The translations under genes were made by a program, and so were the position numbers. Positions 9,404 to 18,193 of a stretch of DNA of 64,000 nucleotides are shown here, one piece after another; position 1 is the first letter of the stretch, and each line of letters opens with the position of its first letter. The notes below the pieces were generated by a model that searched no databases, was not told where the DNA came from, and was given only the letters and a program-made list of their open reading frames with translations. Source of the stretch: Candidatus Aegiribacteria sp. (GTDB taxonomy: Bacteria; Fermentibacterota; Fermentibacteria; Fermentibacterales; JCC-6); NCBI GenBank assembly GCA_030613065.1, contig JAUWMQ010000003.1, forward strand, positions 499 to 64,498. Reading direction: 5' to 3'.

Positions 9404-10391
9404 ACTGACTTCCAGGACTGTTGTGGCTGTTGGAGGAAATTCACTGATCTCCTCCGGGGGAAGTAACGGTAATCTTGATACTCATAAGCTGGCCCGTATG
9501 GTCTGCGAGGAGCTGGCAACAATTGCCCAGTTCCGCGGGGGTGTCGTAATTACGCACGGCAACGGACCCCAGGTCGGGTTTGAACTTTTAAGAAATGCCA
9601 TGGCCGCATCCTGCGTGCCCCCGGACGGAATGGATGTAAACGTAGCAGCAACACAGGGGTATATCGGGTACCTTCTTCAGCAGGTACTTGGAGATGTTCT
9701 GGAAGAACGCGGTCTTGATATCCCGGTCACTGCTCTTGTCACGCAGGTCCTTGTGGCTCCTGACGATCCGGCTTTTGAGAACCCGTCAAAACCCGTTGGT
9801 CCTTTCTATAGTGAAGATGAAGCCCGCACAATCAATAATGAGTTCGGCTGGGTCATGAAAGAGGATGCCGGAAGGGGATGGAGACGAGTTGTGCCATCCC
9901 CGAAACCAAGGAGAATACTTGAGCTTGAGACCATCAGGACACTTGTCAACGCAGGCCAGATCGTTATCTGCGCGGGTGGTGGAGGAATCCCCGTAGTTCG
10001 AGAGGGTTACAAAGTCAGAGGTGTCCCGGCAGTTATCGATAAGGATCATGTCAGCGCGCTGCTTTCCACGCGCCTTGAAGCAGATACTTACGTGATATCC
10101 ACAGCGGTACCTGAAGTGTATGTGAATTTCGGAAAACCTGATCAGAGGTCTATCCGCAGTGCTACACTTGAGGAGATGGAGCGGTTCGTATACCAGGGGG
10201 AATTCGCAGAGGGTTCCATGCTCCCAAAGATCCGGGCATCCATCGGTTTTCTTAAGCACGGCGGTGAAAAGGTTATAATAACCTCGCCTGGTCACATTCT
10301 TTCGGCTCTTGATGGAGAAGCAGGGACAACGATCATTCATGGAGGCGGCAGTATTCAGAAATCCATACTTCTTTCCGGTTCTGAAGGTTAA
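9393..10391 (+). CDS. arcC: Carbamate kinase
   Basis: 'VVAVGGNSL' and 'THGNGPQVG' carbamate-kinase motifs. ATG 9393 has an AAGGAGG Shine-Dalgarno, so the ORF-track start at 9333 is probably an over-extension. Confidence 0.85.
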   Translation: MQAKLTSRTVVAVGGNSLISSGGSNGNLDTHKLARMVCEELATIAQFRGGVVITHGNGPQVGFELLRNAMAASCVPPDGMDVNVAATQGYIGYLLQQVLGDVLEERGLDIPVTALVTQVLVAPDDPAFENPSKPVGPFYSEDEARTINNEFGWVMKEDAGRGWRRVVPSPKPRRILELETIRTLVNAGQIVICAGGGGIPVVREGYKVRGVPAVIDKDHVSALLSTRLEADTYVISTAVPEVYVNFGKPDQRSIRSATLEEMERFVYQGEFAEGSMLPKIRASIGFLKHGGEKVIITSPGHILSALDGEAGTTIIHGGGSIQKSILLSGSEG

Positions 10392-10442
10392 GAATTTATC
10401 AAATTCCGTGTTCTATCTCACAGAAAAGAATGGGAGATTATC

Positions 10443-10718
10443 ATGCCTGTATTCTATAGAACGGATATCGAATCTGAAGCTGATCTTAAGGTATTCGTTA
10501 CGGATGTCCGGTCGGATGCCGACATTGTAGTTTTTGAAACTGCTAACAACTGGGATGCAATACTGCCCCAGATCTGGAGTTATACGAATATTCATAGCGA
10601 AGCGGATAAAGTGGTCTGTTTCATCGATACAAAATGCAACGCTGATGTAACTATCTTCTTCACTGATATTCAGTCCGATGCGGGCTGGGGCGACTCGGGA
10701 AAATCGGAACTCCTGTAA
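10443..10718 (+). CDS. Small protein built from 4-5 tandem '[SN][DE]AD + hydrophobic strand' units
   Basis: 91 aa. Repeated units are ESEADLKVFVTD / RSDADIVVFET / HSEADKVVCFIDT / KCNADVTIFFTD / QSDAGW. A GGGAG Shine-Dalgarno lies upstream. Confidence 0.5.
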   Translation: MPVFYRTDIESEADLKVFVTDVRSDADIVVFETANNWDAILPQIWSYTNIHSEADKVVCFIDTKCNADVTIFFTDIQSDAGWGDSGKSELL

Positions 10719-10722
10719 AATA

Positions 10723-10761
10723 GGGACGGAGGTAATTAAGAAATCTAATTACCTCCGTCCC
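10723..10761 (+). terminator. 16-bp perfect hairpin after the small repeat protein gene
   Basis: GGGACGGAGGTAATTA-agaaatc-TAATTACCTCCGTCCC. No clear U tract follows, so it may be a terminator or an RNA-stability element. Confidence 0.5.
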
Positions 10762-10780
10762 TGATTACAGGGGATGAACC

Positions 10781-10809
10781 TTGACGATTACGGCGTTTAT
10801 ATTTATCCT
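10781..10809 (+). promoter_or_regulatory. Candidate sigma70-type promoter for tRNA-Val/thrS
   Basis: TTGACG-N17-TATCCT, ending about 27 nt upstream of the mature tRNA-Val 5' end. Confidence 0.35.
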
Positions 10810-10835
10810 TCGAGCCACACAATGGATGGTGCGGT

Positions 10836-10912
10836 GGGCGATTAGCTCAGGTGGCTAGAGTGCTTGCTTGACATGCAAGAGGTCACTGGTTCAAGTCCAG
10901 TATCGCCCACCA
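10836..10912 (+). tRNA. tRNA-Val (anticodon GAC), CCA encoded
   Basis: Hand-folded cloverleaf: acceptor GGGCGAT/ATCGCCC, anticodon stem CTTGC/GCAAG with loop TTGACAT, T arm ACTGG-TTCAAGT-CCAGT, discriminator A, then CCA. Confidence 0.9.
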
Positions 10913-10954
10913 TTTTTTATCTTTATTCAAGACCGGAAGGAGGTCGTCTGGATT

Positions 10955-12880
10955 ATGCGTATTAATTTTCCTGATAGCAGTACAAAAGAGTATGATGCAG
11001 GCACTACCGGTCTTGAGATTGCAGGGGATATTTCCCCGGGACTTGCCAGGAACGCACTGATTGTACGGTTCAATGGTGAGCTTCTGGGCCTGAGCGAACC
11101 CCTGCACGAAGATGGAAGTATCGAGATTCTGACATTCAGGGACGAAGAAGGAAAAAAAGCTCTTCGACACAGCTGCTCTCACCTGATGGCATCAGCTGTA
11201 TTGAAACTCTATCCCGGCACAAGATTCGGTATAGGCCCCTCAATCGATGATGGCTTCTACTACGATTTTGACATACAAGATTTTCCAGGCATTTCAGTCT
11301 TCGGGGAAATTGCAGATGAAATGAAAAGACAGATTAAGGAGAATATCCCTTTCATACGCAAGGAAATGAGTTACGAAGAAGCGGTTGTGCTATTCGAAGA
11401 AAAGGGCGAAAAATACAAACTGGAACTCCTTAAGGAACTGCGGGACGCAGGAGAGAGCATCTCGGTATACAGCCTCGGGGGGTTTGTGGACCTCTGCCGG
11501 GGCCCCCATGTTCGCTCTACAGGATACATGAAAAATTTTGAACTTCTAAGCACAGCAGGTGCTTACTGGCGTGGCGACGAGAAAAACAAGATGCTTACAA
11601 GGATTTATGGAACGGTGTTCGATTCATCGAAAAACCTGAAGGAACACCTCTCAATGCTTGAAGAGGCAAAGAAGAGGGATCACAGAAAGCTGGGTCCTGA
11701 ACTGGGTCTTTTCAAAATTGGGGGTGACGGCGGCCCGGGGCTGGTATACTGGCTGCCCGCCGGCACCATAGTTCGCGAGGAACTTGAGAACCACTGGAAG
11801 AAAGCACATGTAAAAGCTGGCTATCAGCTTGTAAGTACTCCGCACATCGCCCCGGTTGAATTATGGAAAACCTCAGAGCATTACTACTACTATCGGGATA
11901 ACATGTACTTTCTGAATATGGATAAAGGCGAGTACGCCCTGAAACCGATGAATTGCCCCGGACATATCATCATTTACAGGAACAGCAAAAGATCCTACAG
12001 AGAGCTCCCGATGCGTCTTGCCGAGCTTGGTATGGTCTACAGGTACGAAAAGAGCGGTGTACTTCATGGCCTCATGCGTGTGCGCGGTTTCACCGTTGAT
12101 GACGGCCATATATTCTGCACAGAAGACCAGATAGTTGAAGAAATACAGAAGGTTGTAAGATTCGCCCTTTATTTCCTGAAAATCTTCAACTTCGGGTACA
12201 AGATCGAGCTCTCGCTGATGGATCCTGCAGATCCCGATCACTATGCGGGTAAGCCAGAGGAATGGATGAAGGTCGAACCCGCTCTGGCAAGAGCCCTTGA
12301 TGAAATGGGTGAGGATTACAGAACTGTTATCGGAGAGGCGGCTTTTTACGGCCCCAAGATTGATATCAAGATGAAGGACGCCCTCGGCAGATACTGGCAG
12401 GGACCCACAATCCAGTTCGACTTCAACATTCCACAGCGTTTTAACCTCACATATGTGGGTACTGACGGGCAGGAACACAGAGTATTTATGGTTCACAGAG
12501 CGCTTTACGGCTCTGTAGAACGGTTCATTGGCAACTTGATAGAACACTACGCTGGCAACCTTCCGTGTTGGCTTGCCCCCCATCAGGTTGTTATCTTACC
12601 TATTACGAAGTCTCAGCTTGGAAAAGCTGAAGAGGTTGAGAGTATTCTCACAAGTTCGGATATCCGTTGCAGTATAGACGGTAGAAGTGAGACAGTAGGT
12701 TACAGGATTAGAGAAGCGGAAACCAGCAAGATCCCGTTCATGCTCATTTTAGGTGAGCGTGAGGTTGAATCTGACACTGTATCTTTGCGTATACATGGCT
12801 CCGGTGACAGAGGCTCAATGAAACTGGATGAAGCGATTGAAATAGTCATGGCCGGATGTAGAAGGCCTGAATTACCCTAA
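10955..12880 (+). CDS. thrS: Threonine--tRNA ligase
   Basis: TGS-domain N-terminus 'MRINFPDSSTKEYDAGTTGLEIA', 'RDHRKLGPELGLF', and class II core motifs. ATG 10955 has a GGAAGGAGG Shine-Dalgarno. The ORF-track start at 10868 lies inside tRNA-Val. Confidence 0.97.
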   Translation: MRINFPDSSTKEYDAGTTGLEIAGDISPGLARNALIVRFNGELLGLSEPLHEDGSIEILTFRDEEGKKALRHSCSHLMASAVLKLYPGTRFGIGPSIDDGFYYDFDIQDFPGISVFGEIADEMKRQIKENIPFIRKEMSYEEAVVLFEEKGEKYKLELLKELRDAGESISVYSLGGFVDLCRGPHVRSTGYMKNFELLSTAGAYWRGDEKNKMLTRIYGTVFDSSKNLKEHLSMLEEAKKRDHRKLGPELGLFKIGGDGGPGLVYWLPAGTIVREELENHWKKAHVKAGYQLVSTPHIAPVELWKTSEHYYYYRDNMYFLNMDKGEYALKPMNCPGHIIIYRNSKRSYRELPMRLAELGMVYRYEKSGVLHGLMRVRGFTVDDGHIFCTEDQIVEEIQKVVRFALYFLKIFNFGYKIELSLMDPADPDHYAGKPEEWMKVEPALARALDEMGEDYRTVIGEAAFYGPKIDIKMKDALGRYWQGPTIQFDFNIPQRFNLTYVGTDGQEHRVFMVHRALYGSVERFIGNLIEHYAGNLPCWLAPHQVVILPITKSQLGKAEEVESILTSSDIRCSIDGRSETVGYRIREAETSKIPFMLILGEREVESDTVSLRIHGSGDRGSMKLDEAIEIVMAGCRRPELP

Positions 12881-12895
12881 ATAGGAGGTCAGTTC

Positions 12896-13420
12896 ATCAG
12901 CAAGAGGGAACAGAACAGGGTTAATGGGGATATTAGAAGCCCCCGCGTGAGATTACTTGATGAAGAAGGCGAGCATGTCGGAATATTTAGCTTACAGGAA
13001 GCGTTGGACAAGGCTGCGGAAGTAGGACTTGACCTCGTTGAAATCTCACCCGGAGCAAACCCTCCCGTTGTCAGTATAGTAGATTATGGGAAGTTCCGTT
13101 ATCGTCAGAAAAGAAAAGATAGACAAGCAAGGAAAAGCCAGAGTACCGGGGGGCTTAAGGAAGTAAAATTCAGACCAAATACCGAAGACCATGATTACAA
13201 TTTCAAGATGAAGCATGCTCAAGAATTTCTTGAATTGAGACATAAAGTAAAAGCAACTGTTGTATTTAGAGGTCGTCAGCTTTCCTATAAGGACCAGGGT
13301 TTTGATCTTCTCGAAAAACTGGCAGAGGATCTTAAGGAATACGGTCAGATTGAAAGAAAACCATGCATGGAAGGGCGTCAGATGACTATGATCATCTCGC
13401 CTTTGAGAGAGAGAAACTAG
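12896..13420 (+). CDS. infC: Translation initiation factor IF-3 (probable non-canonical AUC start)
   Basis: 'NRVNGDIRSPRVRLLDEEGE' (compare E. coli NRINGEIRAQEVRL) lies upstream of the first canonical start, GTG 12947. The only Shine-Dalgarno (AGGAGG, 12883-12888) sits 7 nt before in-frame ATC 12896. The rest is the conserved IF-3 N and C domains. Confidence 0.85.
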   Translation: MSKREQNRVNGDIRSPRVRLLDEEGEHVGIFSLQEALDKAAEVGLDLVEISPGANPPVVSIVDYGKFRYRQKRKDRQARKSQSTGGLKEVKFRPNTEDHDYNFKMKHAQEFLELRHKVKATVVFRGRQLSYKDQGFDLLEKLAEDLKEYGQIERKPCMEGRQMTMIISPLRERN

Positions 13421-13595
13421 TGTCATGTCAAGCATCAAATGATGTGTATTGCTTGTCCTTTGACGCTCCTGCGGCGTTACGGATTCAGTTACATAGCCCT
13501 GCTATGCGCCTTCATCCGCGCCTTGCAGGAATGCCAAATAACTTCGCAATTTCACAACATCTGACACTTGACACGACACTTAGCCGGAGGAACTA

Positions 13596-13787
13596 ATGCC
13601 CAAAATGAAAACTCATAAAGGAGCTGCCAGGCGGTTCCGTAAAACAGCAAAGGGGAAATTCAAATTGAATAAACCCTTCGCTGATCATATCAAGACAAAG
13701 AAAAACGCAAAACGAGTAAGAAAATTGCGTAAAGACGGCATAGCATCCAAGCCTGATACAAAAAGACTTAAAAAGCTGCTGCCCTAG
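13596..13787 (+). CDS. rpmI: 50S ribosomal protein L35
   Basis: '[14 protein letters not shown]' signature, 63 aa, in the infC-rpmI-rplT synteny. Confidence 0.95.
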   Translation: MPKMKTHKGAARRFRKTAKGKFKLNKPFADHIKTKKNAKRVRKLRKDGIASKPDTKRLKKLLP

Positions 13788-13803
13788 CATTCGGAGTTGA
13801 AAA

Positions 13804-14157
13804 ATGAGTAAAGTTAATAGTGCTGTTATACGGAAACAGAAACACAAGAAGAGACTTAAGCAAGCCAAAGGGTTTGTTGGCGGAAGAAGGAAACTGTACA
13901 CGGTAGCCAACGAAGCCAGGAAGAAGGCTCTAGAGTACCAGTACCGTGATCGCAGGAACAGAAAAAGAGATTTCCGCTCACTGTGGATAACGCGGATTAA
14001 TGCCGCTGTCCGTGAGCACGGAATGAAATACTGTAACTTCATTGCCGGGATCAAAGTCGCGGGCATAGAGCTCGATAGAAAAACACTGGCTGAACTCGCC
14101 ATTAAGAACCCGGAAGCATTTGCGAAGGTTGTGGAAGCAGCCAAAGCCGCTCTCTGA
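13804..14157 (+). CDS. rplT: 50S ribosomal protein L20
   Basis: 'YRDRRNRKRDFRSLWITRINAA' signature, 117 aa. Confidence 0.95.
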   Translation: MSKVNSAVIRKQKHKKRLKQAKGFVGGRRKLYTVANEARKKALEYQYRDRRNRKRDFRSLWITRINAAVREHGMKYCNFIAGIKVAGIELDRKTLAELAIKNPEAFAKVVEAAKAAL

Positions 14158-14174
14158 GGGAGAGGGGATGATCC

Positions 14175-14447
14175 GTGTCCCAGTCGGAAGATCTTGAGAG
14201 GTTGACTGAGGCTATCAATAGACTGATAGTCAGGTTCAGGTCAATACATTTGCAACGTGATGAATTGACGACACGGGTAAAGGAACTTGAGTCCAGACTG
14301 GAGAACAGTGCGGACTCGATGGATTCTGAGGGTTACAATAAACTCAGGATTCACAGCGCCAGACTTCTGCGGGAAAGGCAGGATGTCAAGCGAAGATTAT
14401 CGGGAGTGCTGGATAAACTGGAAAGTATTAAAATTGAAGGCGAATAA
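14175..14447 (+). CDS. Small coiled-coil protein (ZapB-like position, upstream of zapA)
   Basis: 90-aa heptad-rich ORF with a GTG start and a GAGAGGGGA Shine-Dalgarno. Immediately precedes zapA. Confidence 0.45.
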   Translation: MSQSEDLERLTEAINRLIVRFRSIHLQRDELTTRVKELESRLENSADSMDSEGYNKLRIHSARLLRERQDVKRRLSGVLDKLESIKIEGE

Positions 14448-14460
14448 GTTAGAGGAATAA

Positions 14461-14856
14461 ATGAGCAACCCGACTGAAGTAACCCGCGTGAATATTTTCG
14501 GGCGGGAGTATACTATCCGTGGAGCAGGTTCACCTGCTTACATTGCGGAAATTGCTCATTACGTAGACATGAAAATGCGGCAGATGACAGATAATGCCAC
14601 TTTGGCTTCCACAACCAAGGTGGCCATTTTTGCCGCACTGAATATAGCAGATGAACTCTATCAGAAGAGAGATAAGTACGAGGAACTGGAAGAAACCCAG
14701 AACAGCGAACTGACAAGCCTCGCCGACCGGATCGAGCAGGTCCTCTCGGAAGTCTCCCATTCTACTCTCCCTTCATTTTCTAATGATTCCAATTCATCAG
14801 CTATGATCGAAGCCACTGCAATCCAGCAGAACAGCACATCCGATATTCCGCGATAA
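14461..14856 (+). CDS. zapA: Cell division protein ZapA
   Basis: 'VNIFGREYTIRG...YIAEIAHYVDMKMRQM...AIFAALNIADELY' matches the ZapA fold pattern. Confidence 0.8.
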   Translation: MSNPTEVTRVNIFGREYTIRGAGSPAYIAEIAHYVDMKMRQMTDNATLASTTKVAIFAALNIADELYQKRDKYEELEETQNSELTSLADRIEQVLSEVSHSTLPSFSNDSNSSAMIEATAIQQNSTSDIPR

Positions 14857-15000
14857 CAGAATTTCGCGGTAGCTCGAGAAAAGGACACGGCAGGGATGTG
14901 CCGGCATTGTGTGCAGGGGTGTTTCCGGTTCGGTCAGACAGACCACATCCTTATTCCGTTTTACATAGATGCTTACCTGCGCCTGACCAAGGAGTTCTAA

Positions 15001-16551
15001 ATGAACATTGTTATACCTGCTGTGGTAGCAGCTGTTACATTCGTTCTGGGGTTTATTCTTCACAAGATACTTGTAGCCAGGGAAATAAGAGGCGCGGAAG
15101 CTGAAGCTGAAAGGATAGTATCCGACGCGAATCGTGAGAGTGAAACCTTAAAGCGCGAAGCCCTTCTGGAGGGCAGGGACATCATTTCCAGAGAAAGGGT
15201 TGACAACCTGGAGAAGCTCCAGGAACGAAGAGTTAACCTGGACCGGAAGGAGAGCCAGGTTTCAAACGAATCCGAGCGTATCAGTATACTGAAAGAGAAA
15301 CTCCAGTATAAACAAGTGACAATTGATAAGCGCGAGATCGTTCTGACCGAAACGGAGAACTCACTTCAAGCTAAGCATAACAGGGTGAATAAGCTCATGG
15401 AGGAGCAGAACAGACTGCTTGAACAGATCGCGAATCTTTCCAGGGAGGAAGCCAAAAAACTCATGCTCGCAAACCTTGAAGAGGAGCTGCATCATGAGGC
15501 TGGAATGCTCACGCGGAAGATTCTAGAAGCCGCTGAGAACAAAGCTGAGGAAGAAGCTCAAAAGGTACTGTCTACTGCCATTCAGAGGTGTGCGGCAGAT
15601 CATGTGGTTGAAAACTGCGTATCTGTTGTGAGCCTGCCCAGTGATGATATGAAGGGAAGGATCATCGGAAGAGAGGGCAGGAATATCAGAGCTTTCGAGG
15701 CTGCCGCGAATGTTGATGTCATAATTGATGATACTCCGGAAGCGGTGGTTATCTCATGCTTCGATCCTGTTCGCAGGGAGATAGCAAGACAGGCTCTGGA
15801 AAAACTGCTGGAGGACGGGAGAATACATCCCGGCAGGATTGAATCCACCGTAGCCAAAGTGACATCTGAGATGGAGAAGAGAATAAGAAAGTTGGGTAAT
15901 CAGCTCGCCCTTGACGCCAATGTGTCAGGCCTGCATCAGCAGCTTATCAGGCATCTTGGAAGGCTGCGTTACAGAACAAGCTACGGTCAGAACATGTACC
16001 AGCATTCTCTGGAAACCGCCAACATCTGCGGATTACTCGCATCCGAACTGAAACTCGATGCTGCTCTTGCGAGAAGGGTCGGACTTCTTCACGATATCGG
16101 CAAAGCTACCGATCAGGATATAGAAGGTTCCCATGCGATAGTCGGGATGGAACTGGCGCAGAGGTATGAGGAATCGTCCTTAGTATGCAACGCCATAGGA
16201 GCTCACCATGAAGAGATAGAGTGTGAATCTCTTTACGGTATTATTATTCAGGCAGCCGATTCAGTCAGCTCCGCACGTCCGGGAGCCAGAAGAGAAACCC
16301 TGGAGTTGTACGTAAGAAGACTGCACAAACTGGAATCCATTGCCGATTCATTCGAAGGGGTTAAGAAATCCTACGCCATACAGGCAGGCAGGGAACTGAG
16401 GATAGCAGTCAGACCAGAAACTGTTGATGATGATGCGGCGGCAGAGCTTGCGAGAATGGTTGCCAGGAAGATCGAAAGTGATATGGACTATCCAGGTCAG
16501 ATAAAGGTTACAGTTATCCGCGAGACCCGAGCTTCTGAAACGGCTCACTGA
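15001..16551 (+). CDS. rny: Ribonuclease Y
   Basis: N-terminal TM helix, a long coiled coil, KH motif 'GRIIGREGRNIRAFE', and HD motif 'LLHDIGK'. 516 aa. Confidence 0.95.
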   Translation: MNIVIPAVVAAVTFVLGFILHKILVAREIRGAEAEAERIVSDANRESETLKREALLEGRDIISRERVDNLEKLQERRVNLDRKESQVSNESERISILKEKLQYKQVTIDKREIVLTETENSLQAKHNRVNKLMEEQNRLLEQIANLSREEAKKLMLANLEEELHHEAGMLTRKILEAAENKAEEEAQKVLSTAIQRCAADHVVENCVSVVSLPSDDMKGRIIGREGRNIRAFEAAANVDVIIDDTPEAVVISCFDPVRREIARQALEKLLEDGRIHPGRIESTVAKVTSEMEKRIRKLGNQLALDANVSGLHQQLIRHLGRLRYRTSYGQNMYQHSLETANICGLLASELKLDAALARRVGLLHDIGKATDQDIEGSHAIVGMELAQRYEESSLVCNAIGAHHEEIECESLYGIIIQAADSVSSARPGARRETLELYVRRLHKLESIADSFEGVKKSYAIQAGRELRIAVRPETVDDDAAAELARMVARKIESDMDYPGQIKVTVIRETRASETAH

Positions 16552-16552
16552 A

Positions 16553-17314
16553 ATGAAAATACTTCTTCTCGGTGATGTGGTTGGAAAGCCCGGACGCACT
16601 GCTGTTGTCTCGTATCTTAAGAATCGCGATTACGATTTTGCAATCGTCAACGCCGAGAATGCCGCAGGGGGGTTCGGACTGACCAGGAATACGGCTATCC
16701 AGCTTCTTGATGCCGGAGTTAATGTCATCACTTCCGGTAACCATATCTGGCATCATACGGACGTTCTTGAATATATTGACGAAGATAACTGTCCCGTACT
16801 GAGACCCGCCAATTATCCTCCCGGTAATCCCGGCAGTGGTTTCATTGTGATGAAGCATCAGGGGATAAGGATAATGGTTGTGAATCTTCAGGGAAGACTT
16901 TTCATACCCATGGCACTTGACTGCCCCTTCAGAGTAGTGGACAATATTATTAGAAATAATCCTGCAGATTTGATCATAGTCGACATGCATGCTGAAGCCA
17001 CCAGTGAGAAACAGGCACTTGCCCGGCATCTTGACGGAAGGGCTGCAATTGTTGCAGGTACTCATACGCATGTTCTGACTGCCGATGCAAGAGTGCTTCC
17101 AGGGGGAATGGCATACATTACCGACCTGGGAATGTGCGGCTCAATGTCCGGGGTTATCGGGATGGCTACGGAGGAAGCAAGAATCCGCTTCCTTACCGGC
17201 AGGAACGTACGCTTGCAGGTTGCCGAGGGAAACACGTATGTGAACGGTCTTGAAGTTGTTATGAACAGCGAGTTGAAGGTTGAGAGTTTGAGTCTTATCA
17301 ATGAGAAAGCCTGA
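16553..17314 (+). CDS. ymdB: YmdB-family metallophosphoesterase (2',3'-cyclic-nucleotide phosphodiesterase, TIGR00282 type)
   Basis: 'MKILLLGDVVGKPGR' and 'NAENAAGG' motifs, in the conserved rny-ymdB pair. Confidence 0.9.
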   Translation: MKILLLGDVVGKPGRTAVVSYLKNRDYDFAIVNAENAAGGFGLTRNTAIQLLDAGVNVITSGNHIWHHTDVLEYIDEDNCPVLRPANYPPGNPGSGFIVMKHQGIRIMVVNLQGRLFIPMALDCPFRVVDNIIRNNPADLIIVDMHAEATSEKQALARHLDGRAAIVAGTHTHVLTADARVLPGGMAYITDLGMCGSMSGVIGMATEEARIRFLTGRNVRLQVAEGNTYVNGLEVVMNSELKVESLSLINEKA

Positions 17315-18191
17315 TAGAGATAGAATAAGCGAGGATCTTTCAACGGCGGCATCCTGGGTAGAGAACGGCCTCTGTAGTATTTCCATGCGTCAGCAATCTA
17401 TCTCCCGCCTTCCATCCTTCGCACAGTATTCCCTTGAGTCCGGTGGAAAACGTGTAAGACCTTTCCTTGTCCGCTCAGCCTGCACAGCTGTTGGCGGACA
17501 TCCCGATTCAGCTTTGAAGGCAGCCTGCGCAGTTGAAATGATACATACGTATTCACTCATTCATGATGATCTGCCCTCGATGGATGACGATGATTTGAGG
17601 AGGGGAAAACCCGCCCTTCATACAAGATCAGGAGAAAAACAGGCTCTGCTTGCAGGCGATCTTCTTCTCATTGAAGCTTTTGGAGAACTCCTTGACACGC
17701 CTCTGGGGCCCGGCAGGGTAGCACTGATGGTTAAGCGGCTTGCAAGAGCAGCAGGTCCCGGATATCTTGTTGGAGGCCAGTATATGGATATGTATCACAG
17801 CTCCGATGCAGGAGCCGATTGGATACATACTATGATACTTGGGAAAACCGCCGCCATGATACGGGTATCACTTGAGCTGGGAGCCCTCGCAGGAGGAGCG
17901 GACGATGATGTACTTGAAGCAGTTTCTGCGGAAGGTGACAGACTGGGGTTTCTCTTTCAGCTGACTGATGATATTCTGGATCAATGCGGAAGTGCCGAAG
18001 AAATGGGCAAGGAAGTCTTAAAGGATACCGAACAGGGCAAGCGCAATTCAGTTTCCATGATAGGTCTTGATGAAGCCACATTAAAGGCCGAGGAAATGGC
18101 TTCCAGTATCGCCGCGAAACTGATGGATGTCAGGGGAGACTGGGGGAAGGTCGCAGACCTGGCCCTCTACCTTCCGCTCAGGAGGAAGTAG
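17301..18191 (+). CDS. ispA: Polyprenyl (farnesyl/geranylgeranyl) diphosphate synthase
   Basis: First Asp-rich motif 'LIHDDLPSMDDDDLRRGKP', second 'QLTDDILD', and 'GGKRVRP'. Located upstream of dxs. Confidence 0.85.
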   Translation: MRKPDRDRISEDLSTAASWVENGLCSISMRQQSISRLPSFAQYSLESGGKRVRPFLVRSACTAVGGHPDSALKAACAVEMIHTYSLIHDDLPSMDDDDLRRGKPALHTRSGEKQALLAGDLLLIEAFGELLDTPLGPGRVALMVKRLARAAGPGYLVGGQYMDMYHSSDAGADWIHTMILGKTAAMIRVSLELGALAGGADDDVLEAVSAEGDRLGFLFQLTDDILDQCGSAEEMGKEVLKDTEQGKRNSVSMIGLDEATLKAEEMASSIAAKLMDVRGDWGKVADLALYLPLRRK

Positions 18192-18193
18192 CG

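Noticed and set aside
11873-12583. 236-aa minus-strand ORF inside thrS
   Set aside because: It lies entirely within the class II catalytic core of thrS on the other strand. No recognisable motifs and no Shine-Dalgarno.
13593-14144. 183-aa minus-strand ORF covering rpmI and rplT
   Set aside because: It is antisense to two highly conserved ribosomal protein genes. The translation is a hydrophobic, low-complexity artefact of Lys/Arg codons read in reverse.
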